64,000 nucleotides of DNA from positions 12,896,001 through 12,960,000 of the forward strand of contig OX597821.1 in the NCBI GenBank assembly GCA_951406725.2, in the 5' to 3' direction. Position 1 is the stretch's first letter. Every line of letters begins with the position of its first letter. The notes beneath the pieces are model-generated. The model saw only the letters and a program-made list of their open reading frames with translations, did not search any database and had not been told where the DNA came from. A program made the position numbers and the translations under genes. The DNA is from Octopus vulgaris. Its lineage: Eukaryota. Of the stretch, positions 1-13,776 are shown piece by piece.

Positions 1-51
1 GTCCCCTCTGTGTTTAGCCCCTTGTGGGTAGTAAAGAAATAATTATTATAA

Positions 52-455
52 TCAACAGCGCATGACCTTGCAGGTGGGGCCCAGTTAAAATTTTCTTCTT
101 GTCAATTGGCACATCCCGCTCAAAAGGTCATTGAGTAAGGGTTGTTTCAGGATGTTGAACGAACCACCTATGTTTCCAGAGATGAATTACGCAAACCCCA
201 AAGAATCCCTCTCAACACATGGACATGATGTTCCCCCACTACTTCTGCTCGTGATCAGAGATGCACATATTGTCGGCCACTAAGGGACATGCTCAACTGG
301 TTAAGGTCAAACAACTGACAAGCAAATCTCTGATATTGAGAAGAATATTTGCTGTAGCCCATCTTTTATACCAAGACAAAACAATGTACATGATAACACT
401 TCCAATCAGTTAAGATCAGAAACCATGAGAGCCACTGCCTGGTACTGCATCAGGA

Positions 456-456
<1 letters not shown>
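52..456. repeat. Partial copy of ~550-bp (TAA)n-embedded interspersed element (family D)
   Basis: Aligns by eye with ~27775-28175 (e.g. ATGACCTTGCAGGTGGGGCCCAGTTA ... GCCACTGCCTGGTACTGCATCA); ends directly in (TTA)n. Confidence 0.8.
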
Positions 457-515
<59 letters not shown>

Positions 516-526
516 TTTTATTATTA

Positions 527-617
<91 letters not shown>

Positions 618-636
618 CATTATTATTATCATTATC

Positions 637-672
<36 letters not shown>

Positions 673-787
673 GTTATTATCATTATCATTATCATTATCA
701 GTATTATTATTATTATTATCATCATCATCATCATCATCATTATTATTATTATCATTATTATCATTATTATTATTATTATTATTATTA

Positions 788-863
<76 letters not shown>

Positions 864-943
864 CATTATTATTATTATTATCATTATTATTATTATTATT
901 ATTATTGTTGCTGTTAATGTTGTTATTGTTATTATCATTATTA
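457..943. repeat. (TTA)n/(TCA)n microsatellite
   Basis: Direct reading; explains the poly-N/L/I ORFs. Confidence 0.97.
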
Positions 944-945
944 AT

Positions 946-1034
946 TGAGAGAGCAGTGCATGCCATCAAAATGACACTGGGGTAAAATACACAAAGCCCA
1001 GTATACCCATCATGACTACCCGTTTGATAAGGGC
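946..1034. repeat. Terminal fragment of family D element
   Basis: GAGAGCAGTGCATGCCATCAAAATGACACTGGGGTAAAATA...TGATAAGGG matches 27625-27715. Confidence 0.75.
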
Positions 1035-1282
1035 ATTTCCTCTGGCCCTATGCCTTCTGAGTTCAAATGTTGCCGTGGTGGTCTGCTTTGCGTTCTATAT
1101 TTTCGGGGTCGATGAAATAAGTAGCCCTGAGCAATGGCGTCGATGTAATCGCGCCTTACTGGAAATTTCTGGCCTTACGAAAATATTAGAAAATTCTAAG
1201 ACGATTTTACGTTAATGTAATAAAATTACTGCACCACCTCCATCGACACTTCAGGACTTGTGACTATAGTACTCTCTCTTTT

Positions 1283-1493
1283 TTCTCTTTTACTCTTTCA
1301 CTTGTTTCAGTCATTTGACTGCGGCCATGCTGGAGCACCGCCTTTAGTCGAGCAAATCGACCCCGGGACTTATTCTTTGTAAGCCCAGTACTTATTCTAT
1401 CGGTCTCTTTTGCCAAATCGCTAAGTGACGGGGACGTAAACACACCAGCATCGGTTGTCAAGCAATGCTAGGGGGACAAACACAGACACACAA

Positions 1494-1552
<59 letters not shown>

Positions 1553-1706
1553 TACAACAGGCTTATTTCAGTTTCCGTCTACCAAATCCACTCACAAGGC
1601 ATTGGTCGGCCCGGGGCTATAGTAAAAGACACTTGCCCAAGATGCCACGCAGTGGGACTGAACCCGGAACCATGTGGTTGGTTAGCAAGCTACTTACCAC
1701 ACAGCC
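1283..1706 (-). mobile_element. tRNA-derived SINE, family B
   Basis: Reverse complement of the + copies at 13082 and 42146: head TGGCTGTGTGGTAAG..GGTTCAGTCCC (A/B boxes), internal (TA)/(TG), tail CAGCATGGCCGCAGTCAAATGACTGAAACAAG. Confidence 0.88.
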
Positions 1707-1920
1707 ACACCACAAGGAATATTATTATTAAGGAAGCGAACAAAATGCATTGCAGGATGCCTTCCGGTCACAAGTTTTCTGAGGTTCAATTCGGACGTGA
1801 TCGTCCTTACCTTTCATCCTATCGCGGGTCGATGAACTAAATACCAGTCGAGTACTGGGGTTGATTTAATTGACTAACCCATTCCCTTAATATGGCTATC
1901 ATTACTAGTACTACTGCTAC

Positions 1921-2170
1921 TGTGAAGGCGCAATGGCCCAGTGGTTAGGGCAGCGGACTCGCGGTCGGAGGATCGCAGTTTCGACTCGTGAAAACACCTA
2001 AAGCTCCACGACGCTCCGGCAGGGGATGGTGGCGACCCTTGTTGTATTCTTTCGCCCCAACTTTCAATCTTTCTTCCTGTATCTTGGGTAAAGATGCGAT
2101 GGACTGGCGGGGAACACATACGCCACAGAAATAAGGAAACCGGGCTTGATTAAGCTTGAAAAGGGCGCAT
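1921..2170 (+). mobile_element. tRNA-derived SINE, family C (V-domain-like tail), internally deleted
   Basis: GGCGCAATGGCCCAGTGGTTAGGGCAGCGGACTCGCGGTCGGAGGATCGCAGTTTCGA tRNA-like head; TGCGATGGACTGGCG resembles the V-SINE core. Confidence 0.78.
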
Positions 2171-2182
2171 AATTAAAATAAA

Positions 2183-2404
2183 CTTCTCCTTCTTCTTCTT
2201 CTTCTTCTTCTTCTTCTTCTTCTTCTTCTTCTTCTTCTTTTTCTTCTTCTTCTTTTTCTTCTTCTTCTTCTACTACTACTACTACTACTACCACCACAAC
2301 CACCACTACTACTGCTGCTGATGCTACTGCTGCTGCTACTACTACTACTACTAATACTACTGCTACTACTGCTACTACTGCTGCTGCTACCACTACTGTT
2401 GCTG

Positions 2405-2441
<37 letters not shown>

Positions 2442-2491
2442 GACTACTACTACGACTACTACTACTACCACTGCTGCTGCTGCTGCTGCTG

Positions 2492-2525
<34 letters not shown>

Positions 2526-2575
2526 GACTACTACTACGACTACTACTACTACCACTGCTGCTGCTGCTGCTGCTG

Positions 2576-2609
<34 letters not shown>

Positions 2610-2693
2610 GACTACTACTACGACTACTACTACTACCACTGCTGCTGCTGCTGCTACTACTACTGCTGCTGCTACTACTACTACTACTACTCT
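2183..2693. repeat. Compound (TTC)/(CTA)/(CTG) microsatellite with a ~84-87 bp higher-order unit repeated three times
   Basis: (CTA)n-CGACTACTACTACGA-(CTA)n-CCA-(CTG)n block recurs at ~2405, ~2492, ~2576. Confidence 0.9.
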
Positions 2694-3136
2694 AAAGCCC
2701 TACCAGTGAAAGATTATAGCAAATGAAACATCAAATACCTTCATTGTTCTACACGTCTTTTTAATCAATTAAATGTGCTATTGTCATCTGCGTTAGTTCT
2801 AACGCTTTCAGCGGGGAATTTGAATGAATCGTATGACATCAATACTTCTCCAAGAGTCGAAAGTGGAATAAACATTGCCTTTCATGCAATAAATACCAAG
2901 CGAGAATATTTTCAATCGATTTAACATCCGGATTGTGCTTTCATGCTCTACAAAACTGGGCATGTGTCTAAGCTGATACATCCTCTGGTTCTACTTCAAT
3001 CAAGTCCAGCGGGTTGTAGTATAATGAAAACCTTGACCAGGTGAAAAACTGATACGATTTCATTGTTTTTTGAAGGATAATTAAACGCAGAATAATATAG
3101 TAAGTTTAGCGAAAACGAATCCGCAATTTTAAGAAA

Positions 3137-3163
3137 TAGACAGACAGACAGACAGACATATAA

Positions 3164-3211
<48 letters not shown>

Positions 3212-3305
3212 GCAGATATAAGGATAGATAGACAGACAGACAAATAGATAGACAAAGTGAGAAACAGATATATAGATAGATAGAGAGAGACATACAGACA
3301 GACAT

Positions 3306-3362
<57 letters not shown>

Positions 3363-3376
3363 CAGACGGATAGAAT

Positions 3377-3424
<48 letters not shown>
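3137..3424. repeat. (GATA)n/(GACA)n microsatellite, 3' flank of Tx1 element
   Basis: Direct reading. Confidence 0.95.
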
Positions 3425-3741
3425 TGTTTCTTTATTAGCCACACAGGGCTGCACACAGATAGAACAAATTACAAGGTAGAGCTTTTCTTTTGGGGGCAAA
3501 AGAAAGGGGGGGTTCAAACAAAAAAAAAAGGGGGGGGAGAGGAAAAAAAAATTGATCAATAGGGATCGTTATCACAGAAATGTCAATATGAAGTGTAAAG
3601 GGGAGGACAGGTGAGGTTTACCCGTGGAAAGAAAAGCCTACGGAAAACACCACGGTAACCTCGGTCAATGAAGTCACATGTTATATTTCTTTTTTTTTTT
3701 TTTTTTGCAAATAAGCAACTCTCTGTATTAATTTTTACGGT

Positions 3742-6700
3742 TCATAGAATCATAGTCAAGGTGGCTTCGTCATTCATACGTGCCATCCTTGCTACGTTCA
3801 CCCATCTTTTTTTAAAACATTCACTAGACAAAACTTGCCTCTCTACTCCCACTTTCCTCTTCAAGTGATACTTGAAGAAGTTGATGAGAGATTGACCAGA
3901 GAGGAAAGTGTTTGTCTCTAATCCTTTCAGGCGCGTCCACCAGATACATTTTTTCGCCATAGCCACAAGTATGATAAAAATAGCTCTTCCTTCCCGTTTG
4001 AAGGAAGGAGGCGTGACGATATTAACGATAGACTCGGCTGATAAACCGACACGTCCCACACGTTACAGCAGTCGTTCGACATAAGTCCACAGGTCGGTAA
4101 TTGCTGGACACTGCACGATTGCGTGCAGAGCGGTTTCGTCGCTCTGCCCGCATCTCGGGCAGGTCGGCCCCGTGTTTCTCGAGCCATACCTATAGAGCTT
4201 ATCCCGAACGGGTAGCGCTTCTCGGTAGCACCGCCAGGCCAGGGATCTCTGGAAGTTATCCATAGGTCCCGGGCCGAAAGACGTTTGAAACAGGCGGGTC
4301 AGGTATTCCTCGTCGACGCCCAGGTTTGCCCCAAGATCGTCGTCGTACCTCCCCTCCACTAATCCCCTATAGAATGCTTTGGTTGTGTTGAAGTCACTCA
4401 AGGTCGACCCGGGACGGCAGAGTTGCTTGAGAGCAACGCGACACTCTCGGTGCCATTCGCCCTTCCTCGGCCTCTTTTTGATCCACGACTGCAGTTCGGT
4501 CATGGAGACGAGCTGCAGGCCTCACAAACGGCGACCACACCTGTTCACCGTCGTCTACATAGAGCCGGAGATGTCGCAGTCTCAGCGCGTGTCTGCGCAT
4601 CATCAACCACGGCATGCCCAGCCCTCCTTTTAACGGGTCGTTGACAGCAAATGGATCGCCTGACCATCGGGACGCATTCTTTCCACAAGAAGCGGAAGAG
4701 AATGCGTTCTAGTTTGGTGATGGTAGGGTCGGGACAAGGTACGACGGTCAGGCGGTAGTAGATGATGGACGCGATGTACGCGTTCGCCACCTCCGCCCGA
4801 CCTTTTAGGGACAGTTTCCTCTCGGCCCATTGCTGGGCGAGAGTGACCACCCTACTCGTTATCTCGTTCCAGTTCTTCTCCATTTGGAGGTCCGGACCTA
4901 ACCAGACCCCGAGCAACTTAACCGGGCCGTCTGTCCAGCGTCCCACGACGGAGGTACTGGTGGACGGCATGGGTTTGCTTCTCCAGGTGCCGAGCCGCAA
5001 GCCCACTGACTTTTCCCGATTGATTTTTGCTCCTGTCACCGCTTCGTAGTCTTTCAGTGTCTCGCCGACCCGCTCGATGTGCTCGTGGCTTGACACTATG
5101 ACGGTGACGTCGTCCGCGTATGCAGAAACGCTCGTCCCGCATCCCAATTCTCGCGGGATGCCCCTCAGAGTCGCCAGCTTCCGCAATAGCGGCTCAAGAG
5201 TCAATACGTATAGAAGCGCCGAGAGGGGGCATCCCTGACGGACCGAACGTGCAATGTCGAAAGGTCTCGATAGATGTCCATTCACGCGAATTACCGAACG
5301 GATGCCTCTGTACAAGACAGCTATCCAGCCGCGAAAGACGAGACCGAAACCAGCCGCTCTCTGGACTGCCTCCAAGTATCGATGGTCTACCCTATCGAAG
5401 GATTTCGATTGATCCAAGTGGATCAGGGCCCCACCCATGCCAGGTTCGTTAACTACCCTGTCTATGATGTAGCGTATCAGATGGAGGTTGTCATGGATGC
5501 TCCGGCCCGGCACGGCACACGTTTGTGCGTTGTCGACCAGTTTCTCGATGACAAGCGCCAACCTCTTGGCTAACACCTTTGTCAAAATTTTCAGGTCTGC
5601 ATTGAGCAGAGTGATTGGTCTAAAGTTATCTATAATGTTCCCCTTGTTTGGATCTTTCTTCAGCAGAGTTACAGCTCCTCGACTCACAAAACCAGGTATG
5701 CTCTCGTTTTGCTGCCAGTTGCAGTAAACCGCTGCCAAGACGTCTCCAAACAAGTCTGGCATACAATTGTAAAACTAGTAGGGCAGACCATCCAAACCCA
5801 GCGATTTGTCTCTCGAGCATTCTGCCATCGCGTCCCGCACATCCGCCGCCGTGATGGCACCTTCGCAGCACTCTGCCTCTCTTGCCGAGAGTCGTGGTAG
5901 GTTGTGCAGGTAGGCACTGAAGTCCACCCTGCGTTCACGCTCACCACTCGTCCCGTACAGTCGGGCAAAGTGCCGCTGAAATGTCTCGCACATTTTGCTG
6001 GGCTCGAGCAATTCGCGCCCTTGTTCATCTACCAGAGACCGAATGGTGGCTTTGTTGCCCTGCTGCGCCTCCGCCACCCGGGCCTCCCTCGCGGCTCCAA
6101 CACCTTCCATCCTTAGAGCCCGCATCCTAGCCCTGACAGCACACCCTTCGTGTTTGGCGTTGAAGTGTTGTTCAAGGGCCAACCTCGCCGCTAAAACGTC
6201 GGATGTGATGCCACTTCTTATTGCCTCTTCTAACTTCTTAACTAACTCACCCTCTACTCTATTTCTATCTACGGCTAGTGCCTTGCTATATCTAATTGCT
6301 TCCGCTTTTACTGCTCTCTTGAGGGCGAACAACCATTTGTTGTTGACAATGGCTCCCGTTAAAGCCCTTTTTACTAACGTGTTGATTCTGTCTCTGAAAA
6401 CTTGTCTGGACGGGAATGATGCGTTCAGTTTCCAGTACCCAGGACCCTGTCTATGTGCCTTATCTAAGTCTAGCGTACACGTCACGAATTTGTGATCCGT
6501 GTAGCTGACTGTGTGGAATTGTGGACATCCTAAGTTATCCTTGTCTACTGTCCTACACAGTATCCTATCTAGATACGATCTCGACGACCCACTGCAGTTG
6601 CTCCATGTCCACGTTGGTGCATTTGAGTGGTCGAGTCGGTACCTGTCAGACAGTTGGAATCGTCTGAGCAGGTCTCTGAGGCATTTGCATCCCCTTCTGT

Positions 6701-7172
6701 TTTTGTCTCTCCCCACATAGTCTAGATGTGTGTCCAAGGTAGCATTCCAATCCCCCACTAAAAGTAAAGGACGAGACGTTCCTAGGAATACTTCTAGACG
6801 TCGAAAGAAATCCGGCCGACCTGTTAAAGGCGGTGCGTAGACTGATACGAGTCGAAAAGCGCACCCATTGCTGCCGTCGACATCCAGAACGATCAGTCTA
6901 CCCTCCGGGTCTACGAATATCGTCTTGACTTCGAGATCCAGGCTCTTGTGAAAAAGTACCGCGGTGCCACTACCGCCCATCCTCGGCAGACAGGGAGCAA
7001 AATAAATGTTAAACTGTCCGCCAAACATGGACTTTAGGGCCCGTGGCTCGTGGAGTCTGGTCTCACTTATGGCTATGATTCCCAAATCATGTGACTTGAT
7101 GTCATTTAGGAGGTATCCTTGTTTCCAAGGAGACCCCAAGCCACGCGCGTTCACACAACCAATTTTGACCAT
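3742..7172 (-). pseudogene. Tx1-type ORF2: AP endonuclease + reverse transcriptase + C-terminal zinc finger, disrupted
   Basis: APE motifs VNARGL, ISETRL, SVYAP, VGDWNA, YLDRI, TDHK; RT motifs NFRPITLLNADLK, DQSKSFDRVDH, VRQGCPLS, AYADDV; CPRC..ETALHAIVQC. In-frame TAG at 5775-5777, frameshifts near 4630-4500, and a stop near 4063. Confidence 0.93.
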
Positions 7173-7222
7173 GATTCTATTGGGGTGTGTGCTTTAAAAT
7201 ACAAAAAGGAAAGTACAGAGAG

Positions 7223-9356
7223 TTACTTACTTGTGTCGAAAGTTTTGGCTTCCTCGTTCTTTGATGTGTCTTCGAGGAGGTTTTTATAAAGTTTTTGGGA
7301 GAGATATTTTTGGAAACCCCCTACAGCATTTGGGAAGAGGGCTTTGAGTTTGTGGTGTTGTGTTTGTGTGATGTGTAGTATTTTGATGTGTTTGGGTGGT
7401 GTAGTGCGTGGATGATTGCTATTTTTAAAGTCATCTTCACAAATGTTTGTGTGGCCTGTGATGTACTCCATTAGTTTGGAATCTTTGGTGTCTATCGCTG
7501 ATAGCATTGTGTGTGTTTTTGTGGTGTTGGTGCTTGTTTTGTTGTGTATGGAGTTTTCAGCGTTCAGGTATCTCCCTGCTTTGGTTGCGATTTCTTGTTT
7601 GGCCTTTTTTATCTTTTTCTTTTACCCCCTGTGGCTATTTGCCATTCTGTCGAACTTTCATCGTTAGATGAAAAGTCTGACGAATCAGCAGGGGGTAAGG
7701 GTAAAGCGTCTGGGTCTGTTTGTGCGGTTGTAGATATTGTTGTGGTGCGCGGGGAGGGTGTTGCTGGGGGGTTTGTTGTGGTTATTGTCTCTCCTACATC
7801 CTTGGTGCTTGTCTTCTTCGTTGTTATTCTCGGTGTTGGAATTGGTTTAGTTGTTGTTGGTGATGATGATTCTGTTCTTGGCGCTGGTGTTTGTGTTGTT
7901 TGGTTGGGTTGGCTTGTTCTTTGTTGTTTTTCATGCATTTCTGCATCTTGATTAGCCGTCCATATTGTGGTGTCGGCAATAATGCTGGCTTTTGTGGTTT
8001 TTCCTGTGGCTGTTGTTGTTGTTGTAATTTAGCGGCAGATTTGCACTCCTTTTTGAGGTGTGCCTCACTGCCACATGTATAGCATCGTGGCCTTCTGCCC
8101 TCGACTACTACGTGGGTGGAAATTTTGTTAATGTCGTCTTGACTTATGTGGAATAAGAACTCCATTCTCTTTCCCAGCCAGTCCTTGTTTTTCGATACAG
8201 CGATATCCAGGATGTTTAAGTCCTCTATTTCGGATGTTATGGCGGATGTTATCCATAGTGTGGTTGTTACTTGGGGGACATTATTGATAATGACCTTCGT
8301 CACCTTCTGGCCAAGGTAACTCGGTGTCATCGTTAGTTCATCAGAATGAAGAGTTATCGTTGAGAATTTCTTCGCCAACTCTTCATTCTGAAAAACCACC
8401 TGTACGTGGGCGAACTTGTTCGCCCAAGTCACATAATCCTTGTATCCCCAGATGGGGCGTAGGCACTTTTCTATTTTGTCCGTGCTTGCCTTTTCTGGAC
8501 TTTTAGTTGTTTTATTTGTTATTTTATAAACAATGGTTTTCTGTTTTTCCTCATTCAGTATGTGTTGTGGTATGTATAAGAGTATTTTGCCGTTTTCATT
8601 GGTGATAAGATTTCTGCAATCTTTTATTTGTTGTGCAGTAAACGATACTCTTGTTACTTTTTCTTTTATCGCCTCGGCGAAGTTTGTTGTTGTTTTGTTA
8701 TTGTTGTTACTGCCGGTGGTGTTGGTGTTGATGGCAGGGGTGTGGGTTGTAGGTTTGTGGTTGCTGATTATGCAACTAGCAAGGGGTGGAAAATTGTCTG
8801 CGTAATTTGGTCCTGCATTAGCCCAAATTTCGGCATTTCGTTCGGTTGTCGTTGTTATTTTTTCACTTGTTGGTGATGGAGTGAACAGTGGTTGAAGGGA
8901 ATTGTTGTTGTCGTTGTTGTTGTTGTTGTTATTGTCGTTCTTGGTGACGGCGGTGGTGTTAGTGGTATTAGTAGCATTGACGGCACGGTCTTTGGTGGCG
9001 GTGATGGTGATGTTGGTATTGTTATTGGAGGCGATGTCTTTAGCAAAGATAGCAGTTTTAGTAGCAGATGCTGCCATGGTGTTGTTGTCGGTGTTGGTGT
9101 TGGACTCACTAGTGGTGTTGACGGTGCTTGGCCTTGCGACCTTTGTTTTGTATTTGGTGCTGTTGTCGATGCTGATGGTGGTGGTGGTGGTGGTGACAGG
9201 GCTGTTACTACAAGTGGTTGCAGCGTTTATTCCAAAATCATTTATGTTTGCACTTTGCGTGCATAAGTTCTTTTTTTCTCCTAGCGTTTCTAGACTAGGA
9301 AAATGATGGTCGATAGAGGAACGCGACCATCTTTCTACAATACAATTTCTCGACAT
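7223..9356 (-). pseudogene. Tx1-type ORF1 (nucleic-acid-binding, CCHC zinc knuckle), frameshifted
   Basis: ORF 7824-9440 contains CYTCGSEAHLKKEC and T/N-rich low complexity; continues in other frames (7609-7938, 7223-7507) to just upstream of the ORF2 ATG; start codon uncertain. Confidence 0.8.
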
Positions 9357-9556
9357 TTTCAAAATGTCGAAAAGGAAATTACACAAATTAAATAGGGTTG
9401 AAACTGCCCCTAGGGGCGAATTCCTCCTTTGGAAAAGCACTCAAACGAAAGTTGGGTGCCTTACACACCTTATTTACAAAAATGTACACAAAATATGGGC
9501 TATAGATAGTCAAAATAAACGATTACCTTCGGAGCCGAACTGACATCACGTCCGTC

Positions 9557-9590
<34 letters not shown>

Positions 9591-9603
9591 CAGATAGATA
9601 GAC

Positions 9604-9686
<83 letters not shown>

Positions 9687-9696
9687 ATGACAGACA
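9557..9696. repeat. (GATA)n microsatellite, 5' flank of Tx1 element
   Basis: Direct reading. Confidence 0.95.
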
Positions 9697-11164
9697 TATA
9701 GTTAAACAGAAATCTTAAAGAGATGAAGTAGGAACTAAATTAAATAGATAAAGGAAGGAATAACAGCATTCAAAAGATCATGATTTCGACTATATTCTTT
9801 CACTGCTCATTGCACCGTTGCCTTAATGGGATCCTGTTTTGTAAGCAAGCCAATGGCTTTGTCTATAGGAAGTCGTGCAACGTGCCTTATTTGCTACCAT
9901 TTATATCCCACAGTCTTACAAATATGGGTGCATTAGATAATGTAGTTCTAGTTATACTATGCCTGTAAAAAATAATACGGATGATCATGGTTGTAATAAG
10001 GGCCTGTATGTTCTTGGTGAAGTTTGACTAAGCGAAAAATAAGACACTTTCTGCAGTATAGTTGATAACAGTAACATCGTTATTTATTTTATCAAATACT
10101 GTTTCTGCTGTCACTCTTGATACGTTGAAAAGTGAGATGGATCTGAGTTGGATTTGAACGCAGAAATTGTAACGCAAGTATCCCAATTCTATCTGATTGT
10201 GGACGGAATCCACATGTCGAACTGAGCAAAGCATAGTCAATCTCGGTTTAAAGTTATTTATGGTAAGACACGTCGTGTGCAAGCGATCCTACAGTACCAG
10301 ATCTTATTTGGCTAACTACTATTTCTATATCAATCTCGGAGAATGAAAGGTAAAGTGCAACGGAGTTGGATTACGATACAGAAACATAAAGAGACCCAAC
10401 TAAAATAACCGTATATTGTTCAGAGCAGGACCAATTGTGACACCCAAGTGGGGTTCAAGCTAATTTCACTGGAAACATTCCGTAGAAAACTCATAAATGT
10501 AGCAAATATTTCATTACGTAATGCACCATCTTCTGTTCATGGAAACTGCGAACTACTTGTAAGTAATATAATCAATTTTTCCATTCCTTGATGGGGGGGG
10601 GGGTTAGATTACTTTATCGATTCCTGATTGCTGTAGTTTTTTAAAAAGAAAGTTTATTCGATACATTTGGCTGTATCTTTAGTACTAATCTCAGAATAAT
10701 GATAAAGGAATCAAGTCACATCTTGGGGAGAAGGTTGAATATTTTTCGCCGTAATAAACCACTTTCATATCTTCTGTTTGTTGTGACATCTTGATTGTGC
10801 TTACACTTGTCAACAGGTCGACAGCTTGATGCACAATGACCAGTAAAAAGAAAAGAACAAAGGGAATAGAACCAAGAAATCGAACGATGTTTATATCTGA
10901 TAGATTCTTGGCTTTTAGTCTTATAGTAAGCAGAGAACCACAGATGGCTAAGATATTTTTACTGGCTATAATTCTTGTTTCTGGCTTATCTACAATTCTA
11001 ATGCCTCGTTTTGGTGTGCGTTTGGGAAGATATATATAACTATGCTTGCTTGTATATATGTAGATGTTATATATATGTATACTAACACACACACAATCAC
11101 ACACAACATACACACACATATATAAATATATATGTATGCACATATGTTTTTGTATATGTATTTG

Positions 11165-11202
<38 letters not shown>

Positions 11203-12207
11203 TATACGGTTTGATACGTAATCTGAATATTCAGAATTATAATCCAATGCTTTGTTTGAATTTCTCAATAGTGGATTTCGTTAATGTTTTCCCCAAACTC
11301 TCTTCTTTTTGTCCATTTCTATCTAAGTGGTTTCTGATATCTCTCTGCATACGTAGATAAGTATGTATATGTATATATATAAGTAGGTACGTATGCATTT
11401 GTGCATGTAAGTATGAACGTATCTGTTATGTGTGAATGTATTTCTGTATATGAGAGGGCGCCGACTAGTGCTGCCTGATTCTCATTTCAATAACAACCAC
11501 AACAGCGGTACCAATACAGTATTATTGATATTTCCGAGTGAGCTGACGGCAGCAAACCTTGCCTTCACACTTAAGCCGCTTAAGTAATAATGTTAAATAT
11601 CAAACGAATATGTTCTGTGTTTTGCGCTTCGCTACGCAGCCATTTTAAATATGCTTTAGCAAGGGATTATAGAAACGATCGCCTCAGTAGGAGCTAGGAT
11701 TTTTAACGGTAGATTCCGATTTAGCAAAACTTTTCTCTCTTATTGATAAATCCATTTTCGAATCAATAAAATGTGTCAGCTGGTTAAATGCAAATATGAA
11801 ATGATTTTCGGGCAAGATGATGAACAAAATTATAAATAGATATATAAATAAAACACCGAAAAGTTTTCATAATAATGCTACATACAGTTCCGAATAGCAT
11901 TGTTGCTTTACGAGTGTATATTAACGTGTTATTTTTGAATGTATTTGTAACATTTACAGTGGTTTTAATACATTATTGTGTTGTTGTCAATGTGCTAAAA
12001 TCTACAAGTTATATAAGTGTGATATTTTTTATAATAATTACTGGTATCCTTATATATTACTATATTTTATATTTTATATCTTATATGCAAAGAATAATAT
12101 GTTATATGTATGTATGTTATTATAATTATCAGTTTAATAAATAAATAAGTTAATAGTTTAACGTCCCAAAGTTGATGAACCACCTATTGTTCTCCATTTT
12201 CCTATTT

Positions 12208-12330
<123 letters not shown>

Positions 12331-13081
12331 GTATATAATTATACATATATACAGGCATACACACACACACATATATATATATGTATATTCATACATATAT
12401 ACATGTGTGTGTGAGTGTGTGTGCAAAATAACGAAGTTATCTATGTATCTATGTAACTACATATTTCTATCTGCCTATCTATTATCTCTCTATTTCTTCC
12501 TCTATATATGTATATATACACATATAAAAACAGTTATTTTACTCCAGACGGGTAAAAATACAGAGCAAAAAAGTTGAAAATGCACTGACAGACTTGCACA
12601 CTTTGTTTAGGCTTAACCGGCTTCACAGATTTTTTTCTGATTTTCAAACGTGAAGTGAGACAGAAGAACGAGGGGCTGTGTTTGCAAATATTGCAGGATA
12701 GCTCAACGCCTTTCTATCATACTTAAGTTCAGTATGACCGTAGTCCAACTATTAAATCATACTGTTTAAATAGTGACAATAATGCCATACTGGAGAACAG
12801 ACTTGAAATAACTAAATGTGTTATATCAAGTGCAATATTTTGTCTGCTTCTTAATATCTGATCATATTTGGGGTGAATGACAAAACCCATATTCACATAC
12901 CCGGAAGTAACTCGAGCGAACAAAAACGCATCGATCCATCCCGCCCCAAACGTTACATAGACGTATATTTGTGTGCAGTAAGAGTGTGTGTGTGGGAATA
13001 TATATTCATACAAACATTCGTGTCAGCGCCAGACACTGCCTCTAAGTTTCTGAGCTTATATATATATATATATATATATAT

Positions 13082-13247
13082 AGGCGCAGGAGTTGCTGTG
13101 TGGTAAGTAGCTTGCTAACCAACCACATGGTTCCGGGTTCAGTCCCACGGCGTGGCCCCTTGGGCAAGTGTATTCTACTATACCCTCGGGCCGACCAAAG
13201 CCTTGTGAGTGGATTTGGTTGACGGAAACTGAAAGAAGCCCGTCATA

Positions 13248-13323
<76 letters not shown>

Positions 13324-13531
13324 TGTGTTTGTGTGAGTGTTTGTCCCCCTAGCATTGCTTGACAACCGATGCTGGTGTGTCCCCGTTACTTAGCGGTTCG
13401 GCAAAAGAGACCGATAGAATAAGTACTGGGCTTACAAAAGAATAAGTCCCGGGGTCGAGTTGCTCGATTAAAGGCGGTGCTCCAGCATGGCCGCAGTCAA
13501 ATGACTGAAACAAGTAAAAGAGTAAAAGAGT
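13082..13531 (+). mobile_element. Full-length SINE family B
   Basis: tRNA-like head GGCGCAGGAGTTGCTGTGTGGTAAG..GGTTCAGTCCC, CCTTGGGCAAG motif, internal (TA)n, tail (GTAAAAGA)n. Confidence 0.9.
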
Positions 13532-13623
13532 ATATATCTATTAATAATAACAATATGACAACAAAAGAATGGGTGAGACCTCGATATTATGTAAAATAGA
13601 GGAATTTATCTACAAATATAATA

Positions 13624-13776
13624 TGTGACAATTAGTTGGTTGTCATAATAAAACTCAGAGTTTCAGATACCGGGGCTGAAATCTGCTCCGGCATGACATC
13701 ATGAGATGTCGGACCAGACTTCAGCTCCGGTCTCCGAAACTCTGAGTTCTATTACGACAACCAACTAATTATCACA
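13624..13776. repeat. Imperfect ~70-bp fold-back palindrome, probably two head-to-head PLE-type 3' ends with truncated HHR
   Basis: TGTGACAATTAGTTGGTTGTC...CCGGCAT / ATGTCGGA...CAACCAACTAATTATCACA; each arm reads stem + GAAA-CTCTGAG-TT. Confidence 0.65.

Larger units (their letters stand above)
3425..9556 (-). mobile_element. Near full-length Tx1/L1-group non-LTR retrotransposon inserted in (GATA)n
   Basis: Two-ORF layout (ORF1 with CCHC knuckle; ORF2 APE-RT-Cys-rich); 3' end AATAAAGAAACA runs into (TATC)n; 5' end GACGGACGTGATG abuts (TATC)n. Confidence 0.92.

Noticed and set aside
406-985. Long poly-N/L/I ORFs, and all similar YIYI, LSIY, poly-E/K and V/C/F-rich ORFs across the window
   Set aside because: They are translations of microsatellites or the G/T block, with no domain content
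1927-1990. tRNA gene calls for SINE heads (also 13082, 16264, 16721 and others)
   Set aside because: They lack complete cloverleaf acceptor stems and continue into SINE bodies; tRNA-derived, not tRNA genes
10691-11039. Overlapping ~110-aa (-) and 67-aa (+) non-repetitive ORFs with hydrophobic stretches
   Set aside because: No recognisable motif or convincing splice pair; cannot be supported as an exon without homology or RNA-seq evidence
12729-13013. ORF containing FVIHPKYD..NIAL, reminiscent of trypsin-like proteases
   Set aside because: Catalytic Asp context (DIALL) is absent and no other protease exons were found; likely chance
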